From Candidatus Poriferisodalis sp. (lineage in GTDB: Bacteria; Actinomycetota; Acidimicrobiia; Acidimicrobiales; Poriferisodalaceae), in NCBI RefSeq assembly GCF_965214215.1, contig NZ_CBDCBD010000002.1, positions 365,873 through 429,872 of the forward strand: a stretch of DNA of 64,000 nt, given 5' to 3'. Shown one piece after another: positions 7,434 through 20,769 of this stretch. The position numbers and the translations under genes were made by a program. Every line of letters begins with the position of its first letter. The stretch's first letter is position 1. The notes beneath the pieces are model-generated. The model saw only the letters and a program-made list of their open reading frames with translations. It made no database searches and was not told the DNA's origin.

Positions 7434-8558
7434 ATGCCTGACTTCCTCGACGCCGAGCACACCGAGGTGCTGCGCAACGCCGAGCGCCTTGCCAGCGAGA
7501 TTGCAGCGCTGGTCGATCAGCAGGCGCCAGGAGATCTCGCGGCAGCGATCCGGCAGGCCTCGCGAGCGGCAGGTGTGTTCGGCATGACCCAGCCGAGAGC
7601 CCTCGGCGGCAGCGAAGCCGGTTCGCTGGCGCTGGCCATCGTGCGTGACACGCTCGGCAGCCGCAATGCGGGCCACTTCCAGGGAATCTTCGGCCCCTCA
7701 CCAGGAGTGCTCGCCAACGTCGACGAACCACTGCGCTCGCAGTTTCTGTTGCCGTACCTGGCCGGAGAGATGCGCGGCGGCTTCGGTTTCACCGAGCCCG
7801 CCGATGCGCCACGGCACACCTGGGCAGTGCGCGACGGGGACGAACTGGTGATCAACGGACAGAAGTCGTATGTCACCGGCGGTGCCGATGCCGATTTCAT
7901 CAACGCGCTGGTCGAGGTCGACCAGATCGGCCCGGCGATGGTGCTCATCGAGACCGCTCTGGCTGGCGTGACGCTCGAGAGGCGATTCGGCACGCTCGAC
8001 GGCAGCCACCACGCCGTGTTCACGTTCGCCGACGTTCGAGTACCAGCCGCCCACGTCATCGGCGAGGCAGGGCGCGGCCTGCGACGGGCGCTCAGTCAGA
8101 TCAGCGCCACCCGGATGGCTATTGCAGCCGACTGCATCGGCCAGTGCCGGTTCGCCATCGATCTTGTGGAGCAGTCGCTCGTCGAGCGAGCAAACCGCCG
8201 GGGCGATGCCGACGGCCCAGCACCCCCCGGAACCGACCTTGAGCGGGTGTCGCTCGGCAACATGCGGATCGCCGCCTACGCAGCTCGAAGCGCGCTCTAC
8301 CGCACAGCGCGCCTGCTCGACGCCGGCGAGAACGCCGTCAACGAGGTGATGGCCGCCAAGTCGCTGGCAACCGAGACGTTGAGCCGGATCTGTGACGACG
8401 CAGTGCAGCTCGTCGGTGGAACGGCGTTGGTTGAGGGCCATCCGCTCGCCGACATCCTGCGACGAGTGCGGGCGCTGCGGCTCGCGGAGGGACCCACCGA
8501 GGTACTCGCCACCAACGTTGCACGCGGCCGGTTGGACCTCGGCCTCGGCCGGGTGTGA
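7434..8558 (+). CDS. Acyl-CoA dehydrogenase family protein
   Basis: 374 aa. GGFGFTEP, INGQKSYVTGG and C-terminal LRLAEGPTEV match ACAD domain motifs. Confidence 0.9.
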   Translation: MPDFLDAEHTEVLRNAERLASEIAALVDQQAPGDLAAAIRQASRAAGVFGMTQPRALGGSEAGSLALAIVRDTLGSRNAGHFQGIFGPSPGVLANVDEPLRSQFLLPYLAGEMRGGFGFTEPADAPRHTWAVRDGDELVINGQKSYVTGGADADFINALVEVDQIGPAMVLIETALAGVTLERRFGTLDGSHHAVFTFADVRVPAAHVIGEAGRGLRRALSQISATRMAIAADCIGQCRFAIDLVEQSLVERANRRGDADGPAPPGTDLERVSLGNMRIAAYAARSALYRTARLLDAGENAVNEVMAAKSLATETLSRICDDAVQLVGGTALVEGHPLADILRRVRALRLAEGPTEVLATNVARGRLDLGLGRV

Positions 8559-8595
8559 CTGCTGGCCCGCGTCTGAGAGCGCGAGGCCGTCGAAC

Positions 8596-8940
8596 TCAGT
8601 CCCAGCCGAGCTCGTGCAGGCGGTCGTCGTCGATGCCGAAGTGGTGCGCTATCTCGTGCACGACCGTCACCAGCACTTCTTCGACGACATCGTCGGGCGT
8701 CTCGCACATTTCCAGGATTGGCAGCCGGTAGATGATGATGCTGTCGGGCATCACCAGCCCGCCGTAGTCGTGGCGCTCGGTCAGCGGGATTCCCTCGTAA
8801 ACGCCAAGCAGGTCCGGTTCGTCGCCCCTGTCCTCCACGAAGATGGCGACGTTGTCCATCAACGAGCGCAGCGAGTCGGGAATCTCCTCTAGCGCCTGCT
8901 CCACCAATTCGGCGAAGGGCGCCTCGTCCATTTCGAGCAC
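8596..8940 (-). CDS. Metallopeptidase-like protein (zincin, HExxH; DUF1025-type)
   Basis: 114 aa. FAELVEQALEEIP...VVHEIAHHFGIDDDRLHELG. Confidence 0.8.
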   Translation of the reverse strand: MLEMDEAPFAELVEQALEEIPDSLRSLMDNVAIFVEDRGDEPDLLGVYEGIPLTERHDYGGLVMPDSIIIYRLPILEMCETPDDVVEEVLVTVVHEIAHHFGIDDDRLHELGWD

Positions 8941-9035
8941 GCCTCCATCCTGCCCCCGGGATCGACCCGCAGGGCACCACTCGAGGCCAGCAGCCGGTCT
9001 CGGCGGTGCCCGAAGGCCAGCACTAGGTTTCAGGC

Positions 9036-9647
9036 ATGCACGAGCTCGTCGTCACGGGGAACGATCCGGAGGCCGCTGCGGAAGTAGCGGCCAGCGTCGG
9101 CGGCGTGTGCTACGCGGCCGACCCCGACGACCGCCGCGAACTGCCGTTTCGCACGCTGGTGCGCGCCATGACCGACTCCGCCGACGCGCTCACCCGCGCC
9201 GGCACAGTGGGTACCTACCTGGCGTTCTCACGCATCATCCGCGAGCGCCCCCTGGGGGCCGACCCCGGCGCGCCGTCACCGGGTTTGACCGCCATCTTCC
9301 CGATGGTCCATCACCCCGACTTGACCCACGCCCAGGGTGACAGACACTGGCGCGACACCCACGCCCCGCTGGCGTTGAGGCATCACCCCGGCATGTGGGA
9401 CTACACCCAGCTCAGCGTCGTCGCCACGCTCAACGGGCCGTCCTATGACGGCTTCGCCTTGGTCTCGTTCGCCTCGCAGGAGGACATGCGCGAGCGGTTC
9501 TTCGGCGACGACCACGACCGGGAGGTCATCCGCGCCGACGTCGCGAAGTTCGCGGACATGCAGCGCTCGCCCCGCCGGGTGATCACGACAGAGACGATCT
9601 ACCGCCAGCGGCCCCCGGTTCCCGCCGTCACTTGGCCGCACGACTAG
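9036..9647 (+). CDS. EthD-domain protein
   Basis: 203 aa. The C-terminal half (HPDLTHAQGDRHWRDTHAPLAL...FASQEDMRERFF) resembles the EthD family; the N-terminal ~90 aa are unassigned. Confidence 0.65.
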   Translation: MHELVVTGNDPEAAAEVAASVGGVCYAADPDDRRELPFRTLVRAMTDSADALTRAGTVGTYLAFSRIIRERPLGADPGAPSPGLTAIFPMVHHPDLTHAQGDRHWRDTHAPLALRHHPGMWDYTQLSVVATLNGPSYDGFALVSFASQEDMRERFFGDDHDREVIRADVAKFADMQRSPRRVITTETIYRQRPPVPAVTWPHD

Positions 9648-9713
9648 GTCGCTCGCATCCCCGCGAGCGAGACTCGGCCAGCCGAGCGCCATGAGCCCGC
9701 GAACGAGATCGTC

Positions 9714-10988
9714 ATGACCTCTGCGACCCATGCAGACTCATTCAGTCGCGCGCGACGGATCGTCACCCTGCTGACGCTGGCAGCGGCAGCGGGAGTGTCG
9801 CAGTCATTCGGTCGCTTTACCTACTCGCTGCTCTTCGCCGACCTGCGAGACGGGTTCAGCTTGTCCAACACGGTCGCCGGCGCACTCGGCTCGCTGAATC
9901 TGCTGCTGTATGTCGTGGGCTCGCTGGTCGTGGCGCTGACCGTGGGACGCACCGGCCTGAGCGGCGCTGTGCGCATCGGCGTCGCCGGGAACGTAGCCGG
10001 CTTGGCCCTGCTGGCATGGAGCCCGAACGTGGGTGTCGCTGCCTTCGCGCTGGCGCTGACGGGCTTCTGCGCGGCCGGCGTGTGGGTAGGAACCCCCGGG
10101 CTCGCCGCCGAGCTGCTCGGGCCCGAGCGCCGAGGTGCTGCGGCCGGCTGGATGACGGGCGGCGTCGGCAGCGGCATGGTCGCGGCAGCCGCCATCGACG
10201 GACTTCTGAGCCGTCCCGACAGCGCTGAACCTGGGGCGGCTGTGCCCGCCGCGGCGGATCTCAGCCATGTGCGCAACGTGTACCGGATTGAGTTCATCAT
10301 TGGCGCAGCAGTCTTGGTCGCCCTCGCCGTCGCTGTGCGCAGATGGTCACGCACACCTGGTCGCACGGGATTCGGCGGCGCTCGCGCTGCACTCGCCAAA
10401 GTGCCCCAAGCCGGGCGGCTGATCACCGCCTACACGCTGCACGCCTTCGTGGTCACGACGGTGCTCACGTTGATCGTGGACCACCTCGAGGGCTACGCGG
10501 ATCTCTTCGAAGCTCGGGACGCTGCGATTGCCTTCTCGTCAATCGGCATCGGCAGCATCGCCGGCGGTCCGATCTTCGGGCGCTCAGCCGACCATCTCGG
10601 CAGGCGGCGCACCGCCACCATCGGGTTCGCGGTGTCGTTGATCTCCGTCGTGTTCATGACGGCATATCCCCTGCTCGCATTGGGCGGGCAGGCACTGGCG
10701 TGGGCCTCGGCGTTCATCTTCGGCACGGCGTTCACCGGCATCATCACCTCGATCGCAGCCCGGGTCAGCGACAACCTCTCGGGCGACGAATTCGGTGCCG
10801 CCTACGGGGTCGCCACGATCGTGTTCGGCCTCGGCCTGGCGGCGGGGCCGCCGCTCGGCGGCGCAACAGCAGACTGGTTCGACAGCTTCGGTCCCGCCTT
10901 CGGGCTCGCCGTCGCCGCCTGCGTCGCCGGCATCGCACTTACCGGCTGGGGAGACGACCCCCCTCCGGGCGGCGACGCGTGGATTTGA
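9714..10988 (+). CDS. MFS transporter, YbfB/YjiJ-like
   Basis: 424 aa, ~12 TM helices, SQSFGRFTY motif. Paralogous to the gene at 1-1287. Confidence 0.85.
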   Translation: MTSATHADSFSRARRIVTLLTLAAAAGVSQSFGRFTYSLLFADLRDGFSLSNTVAGALGSLNLLLYVVGSLVVALTVGRTGLSGAVRIGVAGNVAGLALLAWSPNVGVAAFALALTGFCAAGVWVGTPGLAAELLGPERRGAAAGWMTGGVGSGMVAAAAIDGLLSRPDSAEPGAAVPAAADLSHVRNVYRIEFIIGAAVLVALAVAVRRWSRTPGRTGFGGARAALAKVPQAGRLITAYTLHAFVVTTVLTLIVDHLEGYADLFEARDAAIAFSSIGIGSIAGGPIFGRSADHLGRRRTATIGFAVSLISVVFMTAYPLLALGGQALAWASAFIFGTAFTGIITSIAARVSDNLSGDEFGAAYGVATIVFGLGLAAGPPLGGATADWFDSFGPAFGLAVAACVAGIALTGWGDDPPPGGDAWI

Positions 10989-10999
10989 ACAATCTGCAC

Positions 11000-11079
11000 C
11001 CGTCCCCAGTTGTTGCCCGCTCTTGTTCGCTGCGCTCACGGGCCGCTCGAGCCACGGCTTCGCCTGCGGCTCAGCCTCC
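11000..11079 (+). repeat. Repeat family 2, copy F1
   Basis: ccagttgttgcccgctcttgttcgctgcgctcacgggccgctcgagccacggcttcgcctgcggctcagcctc shares blocks CGCTCTTGT, CACGGGCCGCTCGRGCCAYGGCTTCGCCT and CGGCTCAGCCTC with 63341-63412 and 53798-53897 (reverse). It ends 2 nt from the echA stop. Confidence 0.6.
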
Positions 11080-11080
11080 G

Positions 11081-11980
11081 CTAGCTGAATTCGGGCTCGT
11101 CCCACCACGGGAAGTAGTCGGGCAGGTCCTGGGTCGGGCGCAGCGTGAATTCCGGCGGTCGCTTCTCGAGGAACGAGGTCACGCCTTCATGCGCGTCGGC
11201 GCCGCGCCCGAGGTGGTAGATCCCCCGCGAGTCGATCTTGTGAGCCTCCATCGGGTGATCGGCGGCCTGCATCCGCCACAGCATGTGGCGAATCACGGAC
11301 ACGGAAACCGCTGAGGTGTTCTCAGCGATCTCGGCCGCAATCGCCCGGGCCGCGGGCAGCAGATCGTCAGGTTCGTGCAGGCTGCGCACCAGGCCGCCTT
11401 CGAGAGCCTCGTTGGCATCGAAGACGCGGCCGCTGAAGCACCACTCCAGCGCTTTCGACAGCCCGACCACGCGTGGCAAGAAATACGACGAACAGGCCTC
11501 GGGCACCAGTCCCCGCCGGGCGAACACGAAGCCGATGCGGGCTTTCGTGGACGCCAGCCGGATGTCCATCGGCAGCGTCATCGTGACGCCCACACCGACT
11601 GCAGGCCCGTTGATCGCAGCGATCAGCGGCTTGTTGCACTCATACAGGCGCAGCGTCAGCAGCCCCCCGCCGTCGCGCATCCATTCCATGTCGCCGCCGG
11701 AACTGCGTTCGGACGCCCGCACGGCCTTCTGCTCGTCGGTCTGGCTCTCGATGTCGAAGGTGCTGGAACCGCCGCTGAGGTCCGCCCCAGCGCAATACCC
11801 GCGACCCTCGCCGGTGAAGATCACAGCGCGCACGTCGTCGTCGGCATCGACTAGGTCGATGGCGTCCATCACGTCACGAAGCATCTGGCCGTTAAACGCA
11901 TTCAACCGCTCCGGGCGATTGAGCGTGATGGTCGCAACGTGGTCGTCAACTTCGTACAGGATCGTCTCGAACTCCGGCAC
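11081..11980 (-). CDS. Enoyl-CoA hydratase/isomerase (crotonase) family
   Basis: 299 aa. ITLNRPERLNAF, VIFTGEGRGYCAGADL, LIAAINGPAVGVG. Confidence 0.9.
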   Translation of the reverse strand: MPEFETILYEVDDHVATITLNRPERLNAFNGQMLRDVMDAIDLVDADDDVRAVIFTGEGRGYCAGADLSGGSSTFDIESQTDEQKAVRASERSSGGDMEWMRDGGGLLTLRLYECNKPLIAAINGPAVGVGVTMTLPMDIRLASTKARIGFVFARRGLVPEACSSYFLPRVVGLSKALEWCFSGRVFDANEALEGGLVRSLHEPDDLLPAARAIAAEIAENTSAVSVSVIRHMLWRMQAADHPMEAHKIDSRGIYHLGRGADAHEGVTSFLEKRPPEFTLRPTQDLPDYFPWWDEPEFS

Positions 11981-11997
11981 TTCGCCCCCTGTCCTAG

Positions 11998-12023
11998 CTG
12001 CCGCCCTACGAGGCGGGCGGCGG
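11998..12023 (-). terminator. Hairpin just downstream of ftsX
   Basis: GCCGCCC-tacgaggc-GGGCGGC: 7-9 bp stem, 15 nt after the ftsX stop. No U-tract on the minus strand. Confidence 0.35.
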
Positions 12024-12037
12024 TGTAGGCGGCTTTT

Positions 12038-12931
12038 CTACACGTCGAGGAAGCGACTTGCTGCGAACGCTGAGCCGAGAATCCCGACGACGACGCCGGC
12101 GATCACGGTGACGAACACCACGGTCGTGAACTGACTGGACGTGACCACGAACGACCGGAAGAACGCCAAGATCTCCGAACGCGAGAACAGTCCCTCGACA
12201 TGGCCTCGCAGCGCGCCCGCAGCAATCGCGCCGATGATGCCTCCGATGAGTCCATGCAGCATGCCCTCGAGCATGAACGGGAAACGGATGAAGCTGTTCG
12301 TGGCGCCGACCAGCTTCATGACCTCGATCTCGCGCCGCCGGGCGAACATCGCCACGCGGATCGAGTTGAAGATGAGCATGACGCTGGCCCCAGACAGCAC
12401 GATCGACAGCAGCAGAACGATGCCCTGGAACGAGGTGAACCAGGTCCGGATGGCGTCCACCTCTTCTCGACCGGTCTGGACCGACATCACGCCGGGCCGC
12501 TGGCGGAATTGTGCAGCCAGCGACTCGATCAGCTCCGACTCGACCGAGCGGGGCACGACGCGGTACGACGCGGGCAACGCCTCAGGCGACACCTGAGCGA
12601 GCAGCTCGGGCTGGTCGGCCATCTGCTGGGATACCAGCGCGTAGGCCTCTTCAGAGCTGAAGAACTCGATGCGGTCGATCTCGGGATGACTCTGCAGCTC
12701 GATGCCGAGCGCATCGATCTGGCTGGGATCGATCTGGGGGTTCAGAAACACCTCGAATTGGACGCCGCCCTCCCAGCGGTCAAGCGCGTTGCCGCTGGCA
12801 TAGCCCGCCATCAGCCCCATGCCGACCAACATCACACCAACAGCCACGGTGAGAATCGCGGCGAACGTCAGCGTGAGATTGCGCCGGATGTTGGTCCAGG
12901 TCTCCCGCGCGAAGTAGCGGATGCGGCTCAC
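12038..12931 (-). CDS. ftsX: Cell-division ABC transporter permease FtsX
   Basis: 297 aa. N-terminal TM, large extracytoplasmic loop, three C-terminal TMs, [11 protein letters not shown] motif. 4-nt overlap with ftsE. Confidence 0.9.
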   Translation of the reverse strand: MSRIRYFARETWTNIRRNLTLTFAAILTVAVGVMLVGMGLMAGYASGNALDRWEGGVQFEVFLNPQIDPSQIDALGIELQSHPEIDRIEFFSSEEAYALVSQQMADQPELLAQVSPEALPASYRVVPRSVESELIESLAAQFRQRPGVMSVQTGREEVDAIRTWFTSFQGIVLLLSIVLSGASVMLIFNSIRVAMFARRREIEVMKLVGATNSFIRFPFMLEGMLHGLIGGIIGAIAAGALRGHVEGLFSRSEILAFFRSFVVTSSQFTTVVFVTVIAGVVVGILGSAFAASRFLDV

Positions 12932-13662
12932 GAATTGTCCCCATCGGCTGCCTCGAGCGCGGCAGCCTTCGCAGGCGCGGTCTCGGCGCCGTAGGCGCCA
13001 CGCTGCTCATCACGCACAAGTTCGCCGTGCCGCAGCGCCACCACCCGGCGCCGCATGCGGTTCACAATCGCCTGATCATGCGTGGCCATGACCACGGTGG
13101 TGCCGGTGCGATTGATTCGGTCCAGCAGCGACGTAAGTTCCTCTGAGGTGTCAGGGTCGAGGTTTCCGGTGGGCTCGTCGGCCAGCAAGATGAGCGGCCG
13201 GTTCACAAACGCCCGGGCAACGCTGACCCGCTGCTGCTCGCCACCCGAGAGCTCATGGGGAAAGCGCCGGTGCTTATCCTCGAGGCCGACCAGCTCCAAG
13301 ATGGCGGGGACTTGCGTGCGGATGACATTTTCGGGACGACCGATGACTTCGAGGGCGAAGGCCACGTTCTGGTAGACGGTCTTGTTCGGCAGCAGCTTGA
13401 AGTCCTGGAAGACCGAGCCGATGTTTCGTCGCAGGAAGGGCACGCGCCAGCTGTTCAGCTTGGACAAGTCTTTGCCTGCCACGTGAATGTCGCCGTCGGT
13501 GACCTTCTCCTCACACGTCATCAGGCGCAGCATCGTGGACTTGCCCGAGCCCGACGGCCCTACGAGGAAAACGAACTCGCCCTTTTCGATGTTGAGCGTC
13601 ACGGCGTTGACCGCCCGCGTCTCGCCCTTGTAGATCTTCGTGACGTTGTCGAAGCGAATCAT
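12928..13662 (-). CDS. ftsE: Cell-division ATP-binding protein FtsE
   Basis: Internal ATG 13662 ([13 protein letters not shown]..., GAGGG 6 nt upstream) within ORF 12928-13800. Walker [10 protein letters not shown], signature LSGGEQQR, Walker [13 protein letters not shown]. Has a ~25-aa Ala-rich C-terminal tail. Confidence 0.9.
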   Translation of the reverse strand: MIRFDNVTKIYKGETRAVNAVTLNIEKGEFVFLVGPSGSGKSTMLRLMTCEEKVTDGDIHVAGKDLSKLNSWRVPFLRRNIGSVFQDFKLLPNKTVYQNVAFALEVIGRPENVIRTQVPAILELVGLEDKHRRFPHELSGGEQQRVSVARAFVNRPLILLADEPTGNLDPDTSEELTSLLDRINRTGTTVVMATHDQAIVNRMRRRVVALRHGELVRDEQRGAYGAETAPAKAAALEAADGDNS

Positions 13663-13809
13663 GCGCGCCCTCAGGTAGTGCAGCCGGTTTGTGCCCGCCG
13701 GCATCGCTGCACTGGATGCCGGCGAGTCGAATTTCAGCAGGGCCGTGTGAGAACAAGCTGAATCCAACGGTACGCCAGCAATCCGCCGAAACTCAGGCAC
13801 CCCGAGTAC

Positions 13810-14934
13810 TCAGTCCGCTCCCCGCTGAGAGCGCTGCCAGCGCAGGCACGCCTCCATCAGACCGTTCAGCTCACCGTCAAGCACAGCATCCACGTTGCCG
13901 ATTTCCAATCCAGTTCTCAGGTCCTTGACCTGCTGGTACGGGTGCAGCACGTAGGAACGGATCTGGCTGCCCCACGCCACGTCGCGCTGCTCACCGGCCA
14001 GCGCGGCTACCTCGGCCTCGCGTTCGGTCCGCTGCAGGTCGGCGAGTCTCGCTGCCAGCATCTGCATGGCCCGATCCTTGTTCTGGTGCTGGCTGCGCTC
14101 GTTCTGGCACGCCACGACGATGCCCGTCGGCAGGTGCGTGATGCGCACGGCGGAATCGGTGACGTTCACGTGCTGACCACCCGCCCCCGACGAGCGGTAC
14201 GTGTCGATGCGCAACTCGCTCTCGTCGATCGGCACCTCGTCGGAGACCTCGTCGAAGAACGGAACGACCTTCAGGGAGGCAAACGCCGTGTGCCGACGGG
14301 ACTGCGCATCGAATGGCGAGATGCGCACCAATCGGTGAACACCCCGTTCGGCCGCGAGGAATCCGAAGGCATGCCGCCCCCTGACGAGAAAGGTTGCGGA
14401 GCTGATGCCGGCCTCTCCCCCGTCGGTGGCCTCGGTCAGCTCGACGCTGAAGTCGTTGCGTTCGGCCCAGCGCTGGTACATGCGCAGCAGCATCTCGGCC
14501 CAGTCGCACGCGTCGGTGCCCCCGGCACCCGAGTTGATCTCGCACACCGCGTCGTTGTCATCGTGCTCGCCGCTGAACAGTGCCATCAGCTCGATGTCAG
14601 CAAGCCGGCGCTCGACCGCTTCGACGACCTCGTCGATTTCGGGGAGCAGGTCGGCGTCGTCCTCCTCGGTTGCCAGCTCGACCAGCGCTGCAGCGTCTTC
14701 GACGTCTGCTCGCGCCCGTTCCCATCGCTCGATGTCGTCGCGAACACGCGACAGGCGAGTCGTGACCGCGCGGGCGCGGTCGGGGTCGTCCCACAGCGAC
14801 GGCTCGGAGGCTTCAGTCTCCAGTCCGTCTGCCACGGTGCGCGCCTCGTCGATCCGCAGGTATTGATGTGCCTCGGCCACGCGCCGATCGAGGTCGGCCA
14901 ACGCGTCGGCGAGGTCGCTCAAGGTTCGGCTCAT
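13810..14934 (-). CDS. prfB: Peptide chain release factor 2
   Basis: 374 aa. [26 protein letters not shown] with the GGQ motif, and an SPF-type region. It is a single uninterrupted ORF from its N-terminus (no +1 frameshift site). Confidence 0.95.
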   Translation of the reverse strand: MSRTLSDLADALADLDRRVAEAHQYLRIDEARTVADGLETEASEPSLWDDPDRARAVTTRLSRVRDDIERWERARADVEDAAALVELATEEDDADLLPEIDEVVEAVERRLADIELMALFSGEHDDNDAVCEINSGAGGTDACDWAEMLLRMYQRWAERNDFSVELTEATDGGEAGISSATFLVRGRHAFGFLAAERGVHRLVRISPFDAQSRRHTAFASLKVVPFFDEVSDEVPIDESELRIDTYRSSGAGGQHVNVTDSAVRITHLPTGIVVACQNERSQHQNKDRAMQMLAARLADLQRTEREAEVAALAGEQRDVAWGSQIRSYVLHPYQQVKDLRTGLEIGNVDAVLDGELNGLMEACLRWQRSQRGAD

Positions 14935-14951
14935 CGTGACGGCTCAGCCTC

Positions 14952-17768
<2,817 letters not shown>

Positions 17769-17830
17769 AAGCGCAGGCTACCGCTGCCCCCCGACACCAG
17801 AGCCGAGAGTTTTCTGTCGCAGCCCGGCTC

Positions 17831-18430
17831 TCAGTCGTCGATCTCGATGAGGCCCGCGTCGCCATCTGAGCGCAGATACACCACACCGGGCTTGCCAGTC
17901 TCCGCGTTCACAAAGAGGAAGAAATCGTGATCCAGCAGCTGCATGCGGGTCACGGCTTCGGCGGGATCCATCAGCTCCAAGTCGAACGACTTGCGGCGGA
18001 CGATGCGGGGCACCCACTCGGGATCATCAGGCCGTGGCGCCGCCTCGGGCGCCGCAGCACCGTTGACGAGGTCGTTTTCGAGCCGGGCGAGCGGATGATG
18101 GGTCTCGTCGCGGTGCAGATTGGGACGGTGCCGTCGCACGACGCGGGTCTTGAGCTTGCGCAGCTGTTTGCCGAGCTTGCCCACCGCGAGATCGACCGCC
18201 TGGTGCTGATCGACACCAGCGACCGAGGCGCGCACATGGTGACCGTGACCGAGCAGCGTCACCTCCACCTGCTCCCGCTCAGCGATGCGCGGATTCTTCT
18301 CCTCACGGAATACCACTTCAGCACGATCCAGCCCAGCGACGAATCGATCCAGTGCTCCGATCTTCCGCTCTACCGCAGCCCGTACATCGTCGGGAACCTG
18401 AACCTTGCGACCCGTGATGGTGATTTGCAT
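17831..18430 (-). CDS. hpf: Ribosome hibernation promoting factor (long HPF)
   Basis: 199 aa. MQITITGRKVQVPDDVRAAVERKI N-terminal S30AE domain plus the C-terminal dimerisation domain (FFLFVNAETGKPGVVY). Confidence 0.9.
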   Translation of the reverse strand: MQITITGRKVQVPDDVRAAVERKIGALDRFVAGLDRAEVVFREEKNPRIAEREQVEVTLLGHGHHVRASVAGVDQHQAVDLAVGKLGKQLRKLKTRVVRRHRPNLHRDETHHPLARLENDLVNGAAAPEAAPRPDDPEWVPRIVRRKSFDLELMDPAEAVTRMQLLDHDFFLFVNAETGKPGVVYLRSDGDAGLIEIDD

Positions 18431-18495
18431 CGCCTCGGCTTTCTGAGCAGGCGCACGGCGGTTGTCGCCCCGCTCGAACTGAAGGGAGTGCCATG

Positions 18496-19161
18496 TTAGG
18501 CATCAGCGGGGACGCGGTCACGACCCCGTCGAGCACACGCTGCCACATGGACGGTCTGTGCCCCCGCACCCACCAGCGCAGCCGTCGCCGCTCGCAGCGT
18601 GGCACCCGTGGTAACCACGTCGTCCACGAGCAGGACCCGGCATCCGCCAGCGCGCGAGCGGCCTTCAAAGCGAGGACCTGCCAATCGCACATCGCGGCTG
18701 GCGCCTGACTGCGCTGCCGAGCCGACGCGCCGGAGCAGCTTCGCCGGACGCACTCCCAACGCCCGAGCCGTGCTGCGGGCCAGTGTCTCGGCTTGGTCGA
18801 AGCCGCGCGCGCGGCGATGTGCCGCAGTCGTCGGCGCCCAGGTGACTGTGTCAATCGCCGCGGGGTCAATCGATGCGGGGCCGTCACGCGCGGCGAGATG
18901 TGCCAACGCCAGCGAGTCGCCCAGCCAGCGGGCAATGGCCCGTTCGCCCCGGTACTTGAGCGCATGAACGAATTCGCGCCCGACATCGTCGTGGGAGAAC
19001 AGCAGCGCGACCGATTGCGCACCCGCAATCCACGCCGGCTCAGGATCGGCGAGCGCTGCGATGCACCTCGCACAAGGACACCATCCCAACGCCCCACAGC
19101 CAGCGCACCGAACCTCAAACAGCACCCGCTGGACCATACGGCTGCGGACATCGCCCACCAA
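18496..19161 (-). CDS. ComF-family phosphoribosyltransferase-domain protein
   Basis: 221 aa. N-terminal Cys cluster (CAGCG...CPCARC) and PRTase loop VLLVDDVVTTGATL. Confidence 0.8.
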   Translation of the reverse strand: MVGDVRSRMVQRVLFEVRCAGCGALGWCPCARCIAALADPEPAWIAGAQSVALLFSHDDVGREFVHALKYRGERAIARWLGDSLALAHLAARDGPASIDPAAIDTVTWAPTTAAHRRARGFDQAETLARSTARALGVRPAKLLRRVGSAAQSGASRDVRLAGPRFEGRSRAGGCRVLLVDDVVTTGATLRAATAALVGAGAQTVHVAACARRGRDRVPADA

Positions 19162-19204
19162 GAGAATTAAGAGGCGACAAGGCGAACGAACAGATCACCG
19201 AGCG

Positions 19205-19277
19205 GTGAGGGCGGCAGGGGACTCTGCGACGTTGCGACCTGCCGGATCGCGGGGGCAGAGGTCACTGCCGCCCTCGC
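19205..19277 (-). repeat. Palindromic repeat family 1, copy D (inverted relative to A-C)
   Basis: gtgagggcggcaggggactctgcgacgttgcgacctgccggatcgcgggggcagaggtcactgccgccctcgc. Its reverse complement aligns almost base-for-base with copies A and B. It lies between the ahcY stop and the comF start. Confidence 0.85.
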
Positions 19278-19314
19278 CGCGGGCACGACGACGCTCAATC
19301 GGCTGTAACGGCAC

Positions 19315-20769
19315 TCAGTAGCGGTAACGGTCTGCTTTGTACGGACCGTCGACATCCAGACCGAGGTACGAGGCCTGTCCGGACGTCAGCCGGGTGAGCT
19401 TGGCCCCAAGCTTGTCGAGGTGCAAGCGGGCCACTTCCTCGTCCAGGCGCTTCGGAAGCACATGAACATCGGCGGAAAGCTCTTCCGCGCGTGCATGCAA
19501 TTCGAGCTGAGCAAGCACCTGATTGGTGAAGCTCATCGACATCACGAAGCTCGGATGCCCAGTAGCACAGCCAAGATTCACCAATCGGCCTTCGGCCAGC
19601 ACGATCACCGAGTTCCCGCCCGGGAACACGAACTCGTCGACCTGCGGCTTGATCGACCGTCGCTGGACATCGGACATCGCAGCCAGTCCAGCCATGTCGA
19701 TCTCGTTGTCGAAGTGGCCGATGTTGGCGACAACGGCTTGGTGCTTCATTCGCGACATGTGCTCAGCGGAAATGATGTCGCGGTTGCCCGTGGCAGTGAC
19801 GTAGATGTCAGCAATGCCCAGCACATTCTCGAGCCGATCGACTTCGAAGCCTTCCATGGCGGCCTGCAGGGCATTGATCGGATCGATCTCGGAGACGATG
19901 ACCCGGCAGCCTTGGCCTCGCAGCGCCTGCGCGCACCCCTTGCCGACATCGCCGTAGCCCGCCACGAAGGCCACCTTGCCGCCCAGCATCACGTCGGTCG
20001 CCCGGTTGATGCCGTCGAGCAGCGAGTGTCGGCAGCCGTAGAGGTTGTCGAATTTGGACTTGGTCACCGAGTCGTTGACGCTGTAGGCGGGGAAGGTCAG
20101 CTCCCCGCGCGCTGCCATCTCGTAGAGCCGGTTCACCCCCGTCGTTGTCTCCTCGGAGACCCCGCGGACGCCGGCAGCGATTTCGGTCCACAGGCCTGAG
20201 TGGGTCTGTCGAAGATCAGCGAGCAAGCCGTGCAACACCACCTCGTCGGGCGACGCTGCGTCGGGGCCTTCGGATGGGAGCTCGGGAACGTCGCCGTCGC
20301 TCTCGTAGCGGGCACCGAGCTGAACCATCAATGTCGCATCGCCGCCGTCGTCGACGATCAGCGTGGGCCCGGGTCCGTCCGGCCAATGCAGCGCGCGGTA
20401 GTTGCAGTGCCAGTACTCAGCCAGCGTCTCGCCCTTCCAGGCGAAGACCGGCACGCCTCGCGGCTCGTCGGGCGTGCCGCCGTCCCGCCCGACGACGACT
20501 GCTGCGGCGGCCTCGTCCTGGGTGGAGAAGATGTTGCAGGACGCCCAGCGCACTTGCGCACCGAGGTCAACCAGGGTCTCGATGAGCACAGCGGTCTGGA
20601 CGGTCATGTGCAGTGAGCCGGTGATGCGTGCGCCGCGCAGCGGCTGAGAATCGCAGTGCTGCGCACGCAGGGCCATGAGGCCGGGCATCTCGGTCTCTGC
20701 CAATTCGATCTGCAGGCGGCCTGCTGCCGCGAGGCTGAGATCAGCAACCTCGAAGTCAATGTCGGGCAA
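19315..20769 (-). CDS. ahcY: Adenosylhomocysteinase
   Basis: 484 aa. [28 protein letters not shown]-binding [15 protein letters not shown]. Confidence 0.97.
   Translation of the reverse strand: MPDIDFEVADLSLAAAGRLQIELAETEMPGLMALRAQHCDSQPLRGARITGSLHMTVQTAVLIETLVDLGAQVRWASCNIFSTQDEAAAAVVVGRDGGTPDEPRGVPVFAWKGETLAEYWHCNYRALHWPDGPGPTLIVDDGGDATLMVQLGARYESDGDVPELPSEGPDAASPDEVVLHGLLADLRQTHSGLWTEIAAGVRGVSEETTTGVNRLYEMAARGELTFPAYSVNDSVTKSKFDNLYGCRHSLLDGINRATDVMLGGKVAFVAGYGDVGKGCAQALRGQGCRVIVSEIDPINALQAAMEGFEVDRLENVLGIADIYVTATGNRDIISAEHMSRMKHQAVVANIGHFDNEIDMAGLAAMSDVQRRSIKPQVDEFVFPGGNSVIVLAEGRLVNLGCATGHPSFVMSMSFTNQVLAQLELHARAEELSADVHVLPKRLDEEVARLHLDKLGAKLTRLTSGQASYLGLDVDGPYKADRYRY

Noticed and set aside
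6402-7676. Very long ORFs antisense to, or out of frame with, recognised genes. Examples: 6402-7676 (-), 262-1173 (+), 13942-14955 (+), 20675-21721 (+), 22178-23563 (+), 27372-28466 (+), 48429-49472 (+), 49073-50410 (+), 52307-53047 (+), 35511-36434 (+).
   Set aside because: Their translations are Arg/Pro/Gly/His-rich low-complexity strings with no family motifs. Each overlaps a gene with clear motifs on the other strand or frame. In ~two-thirds-GC DNA, stop codons are rare in all frames, so these are shadow ORFs.
13810-14934. Programmed +1 frameshift in prfB.
   Set aside because: The RF2 ORF is continuous from an N-terminal Met through the GGQ motif. There is no short upstream ORF ending in CUU UGA, so no frameshift site exists here.
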